Shown here piece by piece: positions 29,661-39,203 of a stretch of DNA of 64,000 nt. The translations under genes and the position numbers were made by a program. The DNA is from Syntrophorhabdaceae bacterium (GTDB lineage: Bacteria; Desulfobacterota; Syntrophorhabdia; Syntrophorhabdales; Syntrophorhabdaceae). Under the pieces are notes generated by a model that did not search any database, was not told where the DNA came from, and saw only the letters and a list, made by a program, of their open reading frames with translations. How positions within the stretch are numbered: position 1 is the first letter of the stretch; every line of letters begins with the position of its first letter. Location: the NCBI GenBank assembly GCA_963665295.1, contig OY762209.1, positions 832,001 to 896,000 on the forward strand, given 5' to 3'.

Positions 29661-29847
29661 CCCACGGATACCTCCGGCGTGGCGGGTGCCAAGAGGCAAA
29701 CCTTAATGGAGCGAGAAAGCGCAAGGGTTGATGGTTGATGATTCCCCCAACAATATAAGGGGATACTGCGGTTGATTATCCGTCGGGCCTTATTAAACTC
29801 GCGAACGCTTGCTTTGGTGTGCGTACAGACTATCTGAGCATTTCTGT

Positions 29848-32832
29848 CTAATAGTACTGTCGGATGTATCCGTAGGCTTTGTCGAAAAGCTCCTGATCAG
29901 TATGGAGCTTATACCTAAGGAGGGTTAGCCTCAGCTCTTTTTGCACCAGCCGCTCTCCCTGGCTTGTATGCTGCCAATCGGGGAAGCGAACCTTTTTGAC
30001 TATGTCGTCGATGTCCGCGACGATGCGCTCGACGATAATGTGGGTATTCTTGCCCTTGGCCTCCTGAAAGAGTTCGGTCAAAGCCTCCTTTGCCCGATCC
30101 CGTTCTTCCTCGGGGTCGGTCTCACGCTCAGATTCCAGTACATCCTTGGCGACTTCGAGGATGGCCTTCAGGAATTCAAGGCTCGTGAGGAAACCCTGCT
30201 CATGCCGCTCTTTAATCTTCTCAAGCCTTTCTCCCAGGGCGGTAAATTTGGGGTTGCCAAGGTGCTTGCGCAGGCGCACAATAAGCTGAATCTCTATTTC
30301 ACGGGCCTTCTTTGCGGGTTCGGCGTCCTTCAGTATCTCTTCCAGCACCTGGGCATCCATTACAAGGGTCTCCACATCGTCACGGATGGACTCGACATGG
30401 ACGTTCTCGTTGATCAGCTCCACAGTCTTCGCTCCCAGTGCGTGCCAGAGAAGCTTGCCGTTGCCGCTTGGCGGTTTTACCGATTCATAGACTTGCGTGA
30501 GCCAGCGGTAATCTTTTTCATAGGGGCTCAGCACGGGGTCCGGAGAAAGGGCCTCCCAGATGGTTCCGATCACTATGTACCGGGCGGCGAACTTGTCGCG
30601 CGCCTCGTTGTTAGGCAGGCATTGCTGCGCAGCCATCAGGCCCTCGTAGCCACCCACGCTCCGGTCCACGCCCGGGAAGAAGGCAAGGCATCTCTGCATT
30701 TGCACGGGCAATGCCTTCCGCAACTCATCGATGTTCGACACCACCTGCTGCACGGCTTTCTCGTCGAAGTCGAGCGCCCGCGCCACGTCGTCAAAGATGC
30801 CGATATAGTCCACGATCAGGCCGTGGGTCTTCTCCTGACCGAAGGTCCGGTTGGTCCGGCAGATGGCCTGGAGAAGGTTATGGTCCTTCATGGGTTTGTC
30901 GAGATACATGACCTGCAGGATCGGGGCGTCAAATCCGGTGAGGAGCTTGCTCGTTACGATGACGAACCGGAGCGGGTCGGTAGGGTCGCGGAAGCGGTCG
31001 AGGAGCTTCTCTTCTGCGTCCTTGTCCCGGACGTGCTCCTTCCACCCGGATGGGTCTCCCTGAGCTGCGGTCATGACAATGGCGCTCGCTTCAGGACCGA
31101 CCAGTTCGTCCATCACGGCCTTGTAGAGCACGCAGCACTCCCGGTCGAGTACGACCACCTGAGCCTTGAACCCGCTCGGCTCCACCTTGGTCCGGAAGTG
31201 ATTGACCATGTGGCTCACCACCGCCCGGACTCGCTCGGGGTTCTTGACGAGGACCGCCATCTTTGCCGCCCGTTTGGCGAGGTCGTCCCTGTCCTGCTCG
31301 CTCAGGTTCCCCGTTATCTCCTTATAGGCCTCGTCGATGGCCGTCTTGTCTATCTTCAGCTTCACTTCCGGCGCCTCGAAGTGGAGCGGAAGGGTTGCCT
31401 TGTCACGGATGGAATCCTGGAAGGAGTAGCGGCTCATGTAGCCTTTCTCGTCTTCGTCCGCTCCGAAGGCCCAGTAAGTATTTCGGTCCGCACGGTTGAT
31501 GGGCGTACCGGTGAGGCCAAAGAGAAAGGCATTGGGCAATGCCTCCCGCATCTTGCGGCCGAGATCGCCCTCCTGGGTCCTGTGCGCCTCGTCAACCATT
31601 ACAATGATGTTCGAGCGTTCATTGAGCCTGCCGTCCGCCTCGCCGAACTTGTGAATGGTGGTGATGAGCACCTTCCGCACATCCTGCGCGAGGAGGGTTT
31701 GCAACTCCTGGCGGGTAGCGACACCCACCATGTTGGGCACATCCGAGGCATTGAATGTGGCGGTGATCTGCGTGTCGAGGTCGATGCGGTCCACCACGAT
31801 GATTACCGTAGGGTTTCCGAGCCTCGGGTGCATTCTCAGTTTTTGGGCGGCAAAGACCATGAGCAGAGACTTCCCGCTTCCCTGAAAGTGCCAGATAAGG
31901 CCCTTCTTCGGGTAGCCCTTCACCACCCGTTCAACGATCTGATTTGTGGTGAAATATTGCTGATATCGGCAGATGATCTTGATGCGCCGGTGTTTCTTAT
32001 CCGTCGCAAAGAGGGTGAAGCTTTGAAGGATGTCGAGCACCACCTCGGGTCGGAGCATGCTCTCCACACTGGCCCGGACATGGTGAAGTTGGCCTTCCTC
32101 CCGGTTCTCCTCGTCCCTCCAGGGACCCCACATATCTATGGGCATGCGAATGGAACCGTACCGGAAGAGGCGTCCTTCGGTGGCGAACGAAAAAACGTTC
32201 GGCACGAACATGGCCGGCACTTGTTTTTCATAAATCTCATTTATCTGGAAGGCTCCATCAAACCATGTAACCGCGCTCCGGGTCGGCGTCTTGGCTTCAC
32301 CGATCACAAGGGGCAAACCGTTCACAAGAAATACTATATCGAAGCGCTTCTCTACCGCGCCGACCTGGTAGGTCCACTGGTTACAGACGACCAGGTGGTT
32401 GTTGGCAGGGTCGGAGGTATCGACGAGCCGCACGGTTACATGCTCACCGTCAGGCCCGAAGGGCATGGTCTTTTCACCCCTGAGCCAGGCCATGAAGTTC
32501 TCGTTGGTCCGTACCAGGCCGTCGGCCTGGACCGAAAGGAGGATAGCCCGCAGGTTGTAGATAACTTCATCGGCGCGGTCGGGTTGGGCCGCGATTTCCG
32601 GGTTAAGGTGGATCAAGGCCTCGCGTACCCATTGTTCCACCATGACATCGTTGCTCGCACGGGGAAGTTCGGAAGCAGGCATGTAGTCCCAGTTAGTGGG
32701 CCGGAACCGGCCTCCCAAAGATTCGCCATACCGGGGATGAGTCTCTTTGAGAGCCATCGGCTCGCCGCGCGTGCTCCTGCTGATGGCATCGAGAATCATT
32801 TGTTCGACGGTATTCGATTCGGTGAAGGTCAT
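29848..32832 (-). CDS. hsdR: Type I restriction endonuclease subunit R
   Basis: RFDIVFLVNGLPLVIGEAK, WHFQGSGKS, VDEAHR, LTGTP, LLTGFDAP, QAICRTNR. Confidence 0.96.
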   Translation of the reverse strand: MTFTESNTVEQMILDAISRSTRGEPMALKETHPRYGESLGGRFRPTNWDYMPASELPRASNDVMVEQWVREALIHLNPEIAAQPDRADEVIYNLRAILLSVQADGLVRTNENFMAWLRGEKTMPFGPDGEHVTVRLVDTSDPANNHLVVCNQWTYQVGAVEKRFDIVFLVNGLPLVIGEAKTPTRSAVTWFDGAFQINEIYEKQVPAMFVPNVFSFATEGRLFRYGSIRMPIDMWGPWRDEENREEGQLHHVRASVESMLRPEVVLDILQSFTLFATDKKHRRIKIICRYQQYFTTNQIVERVVKGYPKKGLIWHFQGSGKSLLMVFAAQKLRMHPRLGNPTVIIVVDRIDLDTQITATFNASDVPNMVGVATRQELQTLLAQDVRKVLITTIHKFGEADGRLNERSNIIVMVDEAHRTQEGDLGRKMREALPNAFLFGLTGTPINRADRNTYWAFGADEDEKGYMSRYSFQDSIRDKATLPLHFEAPEVKLKIDKTAIDEAYKEITGNLSEQDRDDLAKRAAKMAVLVKNPERVRAVVSHMVNHFRTKVEPSGFKAQVVVLDRECCVLYKAVMDELVGPEASAIVMTAAQGDPSGWKEHVRDKDAEEKLLDRFRDPTDPLRFVIVTSKLLTGFDAPILQVMYLDKPMKDHNLLQAICRTNRTFGQEKTHGLIVDYIGIFDDVARALDFDEKAVQQVVSNIDELRKALPVQMQRCLAFFPGVDRSVGGYEGLMAAQQCLPNNEARDKFAARYIVIGTIWEALSPDPVLSPYEKDYRWLTQVYESVKPPSGNGKLLWHALGAKTVELINENVHVESIRDDVETLVMDAQVLEEILKDAEPAKKAREIEIQLIVRLRKHLGNPKFTALGERLEKIKERHEQGFLTSLEFLKAILEVAKDVLESERETDPEEERDRAKEALTELFQEAKGKNTHIIVERIVADIDDIVKKVRFPDWQHTSQGERLVQKELRLTLLRYKLHTDQELFDKAYGYIRQYY

Positions 32833-34967
32833 GAATGGAAGCGCTCCTTTACGTAGTCGCTCATTTCACTTAAAGGCATGTCCTGCGATGAATTCCCGCT
32901 CCTGACGTAGAATTTCTCCGTCGGCTGGCCGTTCTTGTCCTTTAATCTCAACACCATAGGGTCATTGGCCTTCGATACATCCACCTGACAGACCTCTTTG
33001 TCTCCGACCTCGTGAAATAGGATGCGAATTTTGGAGGCAACAAAGGCGGTCCCGAAGTGCTGATTCAGCAGGTTACGAACGTGCAATTCAAATTTGTCTC
33101 TATCCGCTCCATCCCCCAAGGAGAGATAGTCGCGCTCAAGGCCAAGAATGTTTCCATCATCATCAACACCAATGAGAAGTGTTCCACCTTGAGAGTTTGC
33201 GAATGCAGCCACGGCTTTCATGATCATGTCTTCGAGTTTCTTGTTGACCTCACGTGCCTCGATGTCCCAACGCATTGTTGATTTGAACTCCAGCTCATCA
33301 CTTTCGCCTTCCGCAATCATGTCTTCCAGCGAGACAGGCTCAATCCCTTCTTCCGTAGCGGTAATACTGCCAAGAAAATCGTTGATATGTTTGGCCAGAA
33401 TTTTGCGGCGCTCTTCGAGAAACTTCTCGTAATTCTCTATCTTCCAGAGACTCTCATCTTCGGGGATACACTGTAATTCCAGAGCCTTTGGAAACTTTTT
33501 CCTTACGGCAGCAAGGTAGGCCTCTGCCGACGTGTCCGATTTTGTGCGATTAGCTGCCTGCGTCAACAACGCCCGGTTGGTCAATTCCTGGGCAAGGGCG
33601 TATTTCACTCGGTTTCCAAACCCATAGCCTGCAACCTTTAGCTTCGAGTATGGGAAGATGTGGTCCAGTTCCAGCTGATATTTACTTCCCATATTCTTCC
33701 TCAGGCTAAGACCTGTCGCAAGGCAAACCGCGCCCCGGCTTTTCAGATACCAGCGCACCATGCTGAAAAGAGGATGCTGAATAGCTCTGCCCACAAATTC
33801 GTAGGGCATGATCTCCAGTCGGCTTTCCTCTTCAATCGCCCGCAGCAACTCGTCAAAAGGCTGCTCCGAGTCGGCTACCACGCGCAAATCCCGATCAAGT
33901 TTCTGCGGGAGCTGGCTGACATATCGCGTCCGCACCTGGGAATAGTAAAACCACTTCATCATCTTCCGGATTTCGGTGTCCGTGAGATGTTTTCCGTTCT
34001 TGTCGAAGCAATAGACAATGATCGGCACCAGGGCATAAGGAGAGCTGACTTCATGGATGTGATCTACATAAGCATTCGCTCGCATAAGGTTGACGACATA
34101 GTCAAGCACTTGTTTGTCCAAGCGATCCCACGCTACGCGGATCTTCTCATTGTTGTCGTATCCGTGCAGCTTCCGCATGTCCGAGCCCATATGATACAGA
34201 CAGCCCAGCAGTACATACACAACGAAATCGAGTTTGAACGCGAACCCTTCTTTTTCCAGGGTTGCCAGCTTCGCTTTGAATGTATCCCTTGCTTGCGGCC
34301 AGTAGCCGGATATTTGCGCAAGAGCTAATTCCGCGTCAGTCAGAGCCACACCGCTGGCATTTACCTTATAGAAAATGTCGATGGCTTCTCGAATTGTAGC
34401 CCTGACTGGGATAGTCTGTTCGGGGAAATCGCGATCCCTTATATGTGTTATGGCGTTAATATTCTCATTAAGACGCTTAAGATCTTCCATATTGATACTC
34501 CTGCCTAGCTCCGTAAATCTGGCCTGTAGATCGAAAGCGCTTACCTTCCCTTGGAATACGTCCGTAATGTTCTGCCAGAAAGGGTTATTCTCCATCCTGC
34601 TCTTCATGTAGTAGGAAAGTTCAAGGGTGTCTATATTTACGTAAAGCCCACGGGTGTCGTTCATTATTTCGGGAGCCGTATAGTACGGCGGAATCTGGCC
34701 CCGGATCAGCATGTAGAGCGTGGTAATGCGCTGCTGCCCGTCCAGCAGAACCCGAACAGCGCCCTGTTTCTCGTCATATTTGTGAGGCCCTTTGAGTTCA
34801 GGCGGACTTGCGGTCTCCCACGTTAACATAGTCCCCGTTGGGTATTCTTTGATCAGCGAATCTATTAATTGTTTTGCATCGTCTTTCTTCCACACGTATT
34901 CTCTCTGAAATGCCGGAACAAAAAGCTGCTTTTCTTCAATCTTGTCAAGAATGGTTGAGATCTTCAT
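32829..34967 (-). CDS. GmrSD-like DUF262/HNH protein fused to a C-terminal Schlafen/AlbA_2 domain
   Basis: VPAFQREYVW, LLDGQQRITTL, ELDHIFP...NRALL...N; then GESDELEFKS...AVAAFANSQGGTLLIGVDDDG. Confidence 0.85.
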   Translation of the reverse strand: MKISTILDKIEEKQLFVPAFQREYVWKKDDAKQLIDSLIKEYPTGTMLTWETASPPELKGPHKYDEKQGAVRVLLDGQQRITTLYMLIRGQIPPYYTAPEIMNDTRGLYVNIDTLELSYYMKSRMENNPFWQNITDVFQGKVSAFDLQARFTELGRSINMEDLKRLNENINAITHIRDRDFPEQTIPVRATIREAIDIFYKVNASGVALTDAELALAQISGYWPQARDTFKAKLATLEKEGFAFKLDFVVYVLLGCLYHMGSDMRKLHGYDNNEKIRVAWDRLDKQVLDYVVNLMRANAYVDHIHEVSSPYALVPIIVYCFDKNGKHLTDTEIRKMMKWFYYSQVRTRYVSQLPQKLDRDLRVVADSEQPFDELLRAIEEESRLEIMPYEFVGRAIQHPLFSMVRWYLKSRGAVCLATGLSLRKNMGSKYQLELDHIFPYSKLKVAGYGFGNRVKYALAQELTNRALLTQAANRTKSDTSAEAYLAAVRKKFPKALELQCIPEDESLWKIENYEKFLEERRKILAKHINDFLGSITATEEGIEPVSLEDMIAEGESDELEFKSTMRWDIEAREVNKKLEDMIMKAVAAFANSQGGTLLIGVDDDGNILGLERDYLSLGDGADRDKFELHVRNLLNQHFGTAFVASKIRILFHEVGDKEVCQVDVSKANDPMVLRLKDKNGQPTEKFYVRSGNSSQDMPLSEMSDYVKERFHS

Positions 34968-36214
34968 GGTCTGCCCTCTATTACATTGTGATTAGTGTCC
35001 GCCATGCACAGTTCGATAAGGGTCTGCCGAAGCCGGAGCACCCTGTCCATGTGACTCTTGATACTTAATTCCACCAAACGAATCTGGTCAAATTCCTCTG
35101 CGATTTTCTTCTGCTCGCGCTTCGGCGGTACCGGCATCAGAAGCCTTCCAAATCTTTCGGCTCCAAGATGAGCAATTGAGGTTGTCTGGCTCGCGATGGC
35201 CGCAAATACTCCTGAATGAAAACAATGCTGAAAAAAGGCCAGAGCATATTCAATCAACACATCTTCGCCTGCGCGGTATCGAACCAGAGTATTTTGAAAA
35301 CAGCAGTCCTCGATTTTCCCATCGTAAACGGCGCATCTACCTACCAGTTCTCGGCTTTGGCCCTCATTAAGAAGGATGTCGCCGGGCTGAAGGCGGTAGA
35401 CTGCAAAGTCATGCTCGTCGAAGTCCATTTGCAGAACATCGTTGTAGTCAATGAAGCCGTGAAAAACGTTTGCCACTCTCAAGTAGGGCTTCATAGAAGT
35501 ACCCTTCTGGTATTTTGGCGCTCGCTGCCTCCCAAGCTGAACCGTCCCCGTTTTGTAAACCGGCACCAAGCTGGTCTGTTCTGCTCCGGCAAAGATGGAG
35601 CGCAGATACGATCCGCGAAATTCTGCCGCTGCCCCAGCCATTGTCACAGAAGAAGATACCCCCTGTTTCGCCGCCCATAGTATTTCCGCAATGCGCTGCT
35701 GCTGATCGAGGGGCGGGAGGGCGAACTCAAAGCTGGCAAGACTGGTCCAGTTGGTGCGAGGCGAGAGCGAGCCCGCGGAAGTTCCCACCGCGTGCTCAAA
35801 GAACCGGTCTGTCATGCAAAGGAAAGGCAGGAGTTCGGGCAGGAGCCGGTCGTTCTTGGGGGCAAGCACATAGATGTCCCCTGATACGACCGCATCAAAC
35901 TCAGCCACAGCCACCTTGCGCTGGTAGGCACGTCTTTTGCCGAAGAGAACCTGCCCAGGTCTGCACTGACGCGTGAAGGTGGTCCCGTCCGCCACATTAC
36001 CCCACGTCCGTATATGCAAGGAACCTGGTTCAAGATGCTCCAGCCCGATGAATCTTTCCACCCCGGCCCCTTGTGGGTCCCTCTCTGATTCGTTCAGGTT
36101 TTCGACCACATCGCCAAACCGGACGCGCTTCCACCCCTTCCTGTCAAAAATAGGCAGCTTTGCCCAGTCAGGATTGGGTCGGAGGCCGTCGAGAGGAGAA
36201 GGCGGAAAGATCAC
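34964..36214 (-). CDS. hsdS: Type I R-M specificity subunit
   Basis: GWKRVRFGDVV, LPPLDQQQRIAEIL, PVPPKREQKKIAE; GTG at 36214 gives a 4-nt overlap with the upstream stop. Confidence 0.9.
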   Translation of the reverse strand: MIFPPSPLDGLRPNPDWAKLPIFDRKGWKRVRFGDVVENLNESERDPQGAGVERFIGLEHLEPGSLHIRTWGNVADGTTFTRQCRPGQVLFGKRRAYQRKVAVAEFDAVVSGDIYVLAPKNDRLLPELLPFLCMTDRFFEHAVGTSAGSLSPRTNWTSLASFEFALPPLDQQQRIAEILWAAKQGVSSSVTMAGAAAEFRGSYLRSIFAGAEQTSLVPVYKTGTVQLGRQRAPKYQKGTSMKPYLRVANVFHGFIDYNDVLQMDFDEHDFAVYRLQPGDILLNEGQSRELVGRCAVYDGKIEDCCFQNTLVRYRAGEDVLIEYALAFFQHCFHSGVFAAIASQTTSIAHLGAERFGRLLMPVPPKREQKKIAEEFDQIRLVELSIKSHMDRVLRLRQTLIELCMADTNHNVIEGRP

Positions 36215-37713
36215 GACTTCCTTCCTGTGAGCCATGCGCGGCCCTTTGCGGTGACGCGGTATTTTTGGAGACGACTGTTCGGTTTGTCGGGGATCGTCAT
36301 CTCGATGAGTCCCGCGTCGAGGGCCGGGACGAGATAGGCCTTGCGGAAATGCTCGTCATCCTTGAGACCCAGGGCTTCCTGAATTTCTTTCCTTGCCATT
36401 TCACCCTTGATGGTCTTTACCACTTTCCCGACTTCCGGGGTGACTTCCGGGGTGACTTCCGGGGTGACTTCCGGGGTGACTTCCGGGGTGACTTCGGGAG
36501 CAGGCCGCCACAGGGTCTGGACGAACTGTCCTCCATCCTGTCGGAACGCAGGCGGTTTCAGGCCTGCTTCCTCGCAGAGGGCTATAATATCAAGGGTACC
36601 CGTACCGGCCTTCTCAATGTAGCGGGTGAGGAAGAGAGGATCGGCCAGCAACGGGTTGTGGGGAATGGAGGCGTGGGGCACGCGAAGCAGGTCGGGGGTC
36701 AGCGTGGGCGGAAGATGCCCCGGATTCCAGACTTCGAGGCGGTCCGAAAAGAGCATGACCTGGACAGAAGCATGGGAGGCATAGTCTCTATGGGCTACGG
36801 CATTGACGATTGCCTCGGCAACAGCGTCGCGGGGCAGTTCGTAGGTCACGGGCGCCGTTGGCCCTTCGGAGCGGGTTCCCACGCTTCGGTTGATCTTGGA
36901 CATCACGAAATCGACGGCCTGGTCCACAAGCTCGAATACCGTGCCCCGGTAAATCTGGTATGAAGGGATGGGCTTACGAACCTCACGGCCGTGGAAATGA
37001 AGGCACTTCACCTCGGATGAGATAAGGAATCGTTGCGGCTCCCTGCCAAAGAGAAGGATTGCCGCATGACTCGGTCGGTCGTGATCAAGGAGGTTCAGGT
37101 GGGCGAGCGCCTTGTGCATTGCCGTGTCAGGACCGAGCGCGTAGCCACGGCTTTGCCGCGCGCGCTCCAGAAAGTCGGCCACCTTCTCTCTGGAAAGATC
37201 TTCAATCGTGGCTCCGGGGCAGTAGGACGCATCGAAAGGTCTCGTATGGACGGTCCCCTTTGCCACGAGGTATTCGACGAGGCTCGCATATACCAGGGCA
37301 GTCAACTCCGCAATGTCCCCAAAGCGCCGTCGGTTAAGCTGGTCGCTCGCCTTGCCGACGAGAGCTTTCATCTTCGGATGTCGATCTTTGTCGTCACTTC
37401 CTTTGACAAATATGAGCCGCTCTTTGCCGCTGGCAGTGGCCCGGTCAAATTCGTGCTCGGTGGGTGACACCCCTGTTTCATCCTCGTGGCCGTACTCCTT
37501 TCCGAAGAGGCCCAGATAGACGGCGGCTCGATCCACTTCACCCAGATAGAGCTCATCGGGCCTCTGGCCGGAGGCCGGCAAGTCCTCAAACAGAAAGACA
37601 TGGAAGAAACGGCGCAGGAGCGGGTCGCCCTCTATGAAATCACGAACCGCGCGCCGTTCGGGGGCGAGTTCTTTTTGTACGGAGCTGACAAATATGCGCC
37701 CTTTCCCGGTCAC
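36211..37713 (-). CDS. DUF4062 domain + HATPase_c_4 (RecG-C-like) + C-terminal HTH protein
   Basis: RIFVSSVQKELAPER, YLGLFGKEYG, SPTEHEF; EAIVNAVAHRDY, RLEVWNPG, IEKAGTG; MTIPDKPNSRLQKY. Confidence 0.8.
   Translation of the reverse strand: MTGKGRIFVSSVQKELAPERRAVRDFIEGDPLLRRFFHVFLFEDLPASGQRPDELYLGEVDRAAVYLGLFGKEYGHEDETGVSPTEHEFDRATASGKERLIFVKGSDDKDRHPKMKALVGKASDQLNRRRFGDIAELTALVYASLVEYLVAKGTVHTRPFDASYCPGATIEDLSREKVADFLERARQSRGYALGPDTAMHKALAHLNLLDHDRPSHAAILLFGREPQRFLISSEVKCLHFHGREVRKPIPSYQIYRGTVFELVDQAVDFVMSKINRSVGTRSEGPTAPVTYELPRDAVAEAIVNAVAHRDYASHASVQVMLFSDRLEVWNPGHLPPTLTPDLLRVPHASIPHNPLLADPLFLTRYIEKAGTGTLDIIALCEEAGLKPPAFRQDGGQFVQTLWRPAPEVTPEVTPEVTPEVTPEVTPEVGKVVKTIKGEMARKEIQEALGLKDDEHFRKAYLVPALDAGLIEMTIPDKPNSRLQKYRVTAKGRAWLTGRKS
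36430..36495. repeat. 12-bp tandem repeat x5.5 encoding (PEVT)n
   Basis: GACTTCCGGGGT repeated perfectly five times, plus a partial copy. Confidence 0.95.
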
Positions 37714-39203
37714 AGGCTCTTTCCCTCCAGGATAGCGCTTAATGATCGTCGCAAATGACGCGAGCTTTCCAGCCAGTCGGCGAGGGCTTTGGTAAGCTGG
37801 TCAGACCCGGGCGTTTTACCTGCCTCCGCTGAAGAAGGTGAGCCCGTCACATAGAGCGGGATGCTGAGATTGTAACTCCTGGCCCGAATTTCCTCCTGTG
37901 CGGCCGCGCAGGTAAAGCCAGGTTCGTCCCTGAACTCACGATAGGCTTCAACGATACGCGCAATATGCTCGTCGGTAAGAAAACTCTGGGCACGCTCTCG
38001 TGTAACCTCGTTCACCGCATTGATGAAGAGAATCCGGCCCCTCCTCGCCGCAGGTTTGGCTGTTCGGCATATGACGACGCAGGCCTCCATGGGTGAGTTG
38101 TAGAAAAGATTCGGTCCAAGGCCGAGGACACACTCAATGAGGTCGGCTTCAATGATCTTGCGACGCATCTCCGCCTCTTCCCGGCGAAACAGTATGCCAT
38201 GGGGGAAAAGAATAGCCGAGCGGCCCGTTTCGGGCTTAAGGCTCATGAGGATATGCTGCCAGAATGCATAGTCGGCCCGTCCCTGGGGCGGGGTGCCGTA
38301 AATGTTGCGACCCCAGGGATCGGATGCGAAGGCTTTCCGGTCCCACTGCTTGATGGAATAAGGAGGATTGGCGAGGCACACGTCAAACTGCCGGAGGCGG
38401 TCGCCCTCAACAAGCTTCGGTTCCGAGAGTGTATCCCCTCGAACGACTTGAAAGTCCTCAATCCCATGAAGAAAACAGTTCATCCGCGCAATAGAGGAGG
38501 TCATGAGGTTCCGCTCCTGACCATAGAGGCGGACGTTGCGCCACTCCAGATTCCGATGCCGCAATTGGGCAATGCAGGAAAGAAGCATGCCCCCGGAGCC
38601 GCACGTAGGGTCATAAATGGACTCGCCCGGCTGTGGTTCGAGCATCTCCGTCATAAGATGGACCACAGTGCGGTTGGTATAGAATTCGGCCGCGGTATGT
38701 CCCGAGTCGTCGGCAAATTTCTTGATAAGGTACTCGTAACCCTGGCCCAGTTCGTCTTCCGGAAGATTGGCAAGACTGAGTTCCAGAGTACTGAAGTGTT
38801 CCACAAGGTCTCTCAGCATGGCATCGGAGAGGCGGTCTTTGTTGGTCCATTGGGCGTCCCCGAAAATGCCGTAGAGCTTTTCGGGATTTGCAGTCTCTAT
38901 GGCCCGCATTGCCGACTGAAGTTTTCGACCCACGTTCTTAGCCGCTTGCCGCACCTGCCGCCAGTGCGCATCGGCAGGTATCTGAAACCGATGATTTTCC
39001 GGGAAGGCGGCAAAGTCCACATCTCCGCCTGATTCGTTGAGCGCCTGCTCCGTCTCCTCGTCGAAGACATCACAGAGCCTCTTAAAGAAGAGCAACGGGA
39101 AGATGAGCTGTTTATAGTCGCCCGCGTCAATGGTCCCCCTGAGGAGCGTAGCTGCTCCCCAGAGATAGGATTCGAGTTGCCGTTGGGTAATGCGGACCCT
39201 CAT
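37710..39203 (-). CDS. hsdM: Type I methyltransferase subunit, NPPY type
   Basis: YDPTCGSGGML, LANPPY, EFYTNRTVV. Confidence 0.95.
   Translation of the reverse strand: MRVRITQRQLESYLWGAATLLRGTIDAGDYKQLIFPLLFFKRLCDVFDEETEQALNESGGDVDFAAFPENHRFQIPADAHWRQVRQAAKNVGRKLQSAMRAIETANPEKLYGIFGDAQWTNKDRLSDAMLRDLVEHFSTLELSLANLPEDELGQGYEYLIKKFADDSGHTAAEFYTNRTVVHLMTEMLEPQPGESIYDPTCGSGGMLLSCIAQLRHRNLEWRNVRLYGQERNLMTSSIARMNCFLHGIEDFQVVRGDTLSEPKLVEGDRLRQFDVCLANPPYSIKQWDRKAFASDPWGRNIYGTPPQGRADYAFWQHILMSLKPETGRSAILFPHGILFRREEAEMRRKIIEADLIECVLGLGPNLFYNSPMEACVVICRTAKPAARRGRILFINAVNEVTRERAQSFLTDEHIARIVEAYREFRDEPGFTCAAAQEEIRARSYNLSIPLYVTGSPSSAEAGKTPGSDQLTKALADWLESSRHLRRSLSAILEGKSL

Noticed and set aside
29941..32856. 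971-aa plus-strand ORF
   Set aside because: Antisense shadow of hsdR with no recognisable motifs. The same applies to other long antisense ORFs such as 7572..9014, 22022..23410, 50054..51316 and 53353..54561.
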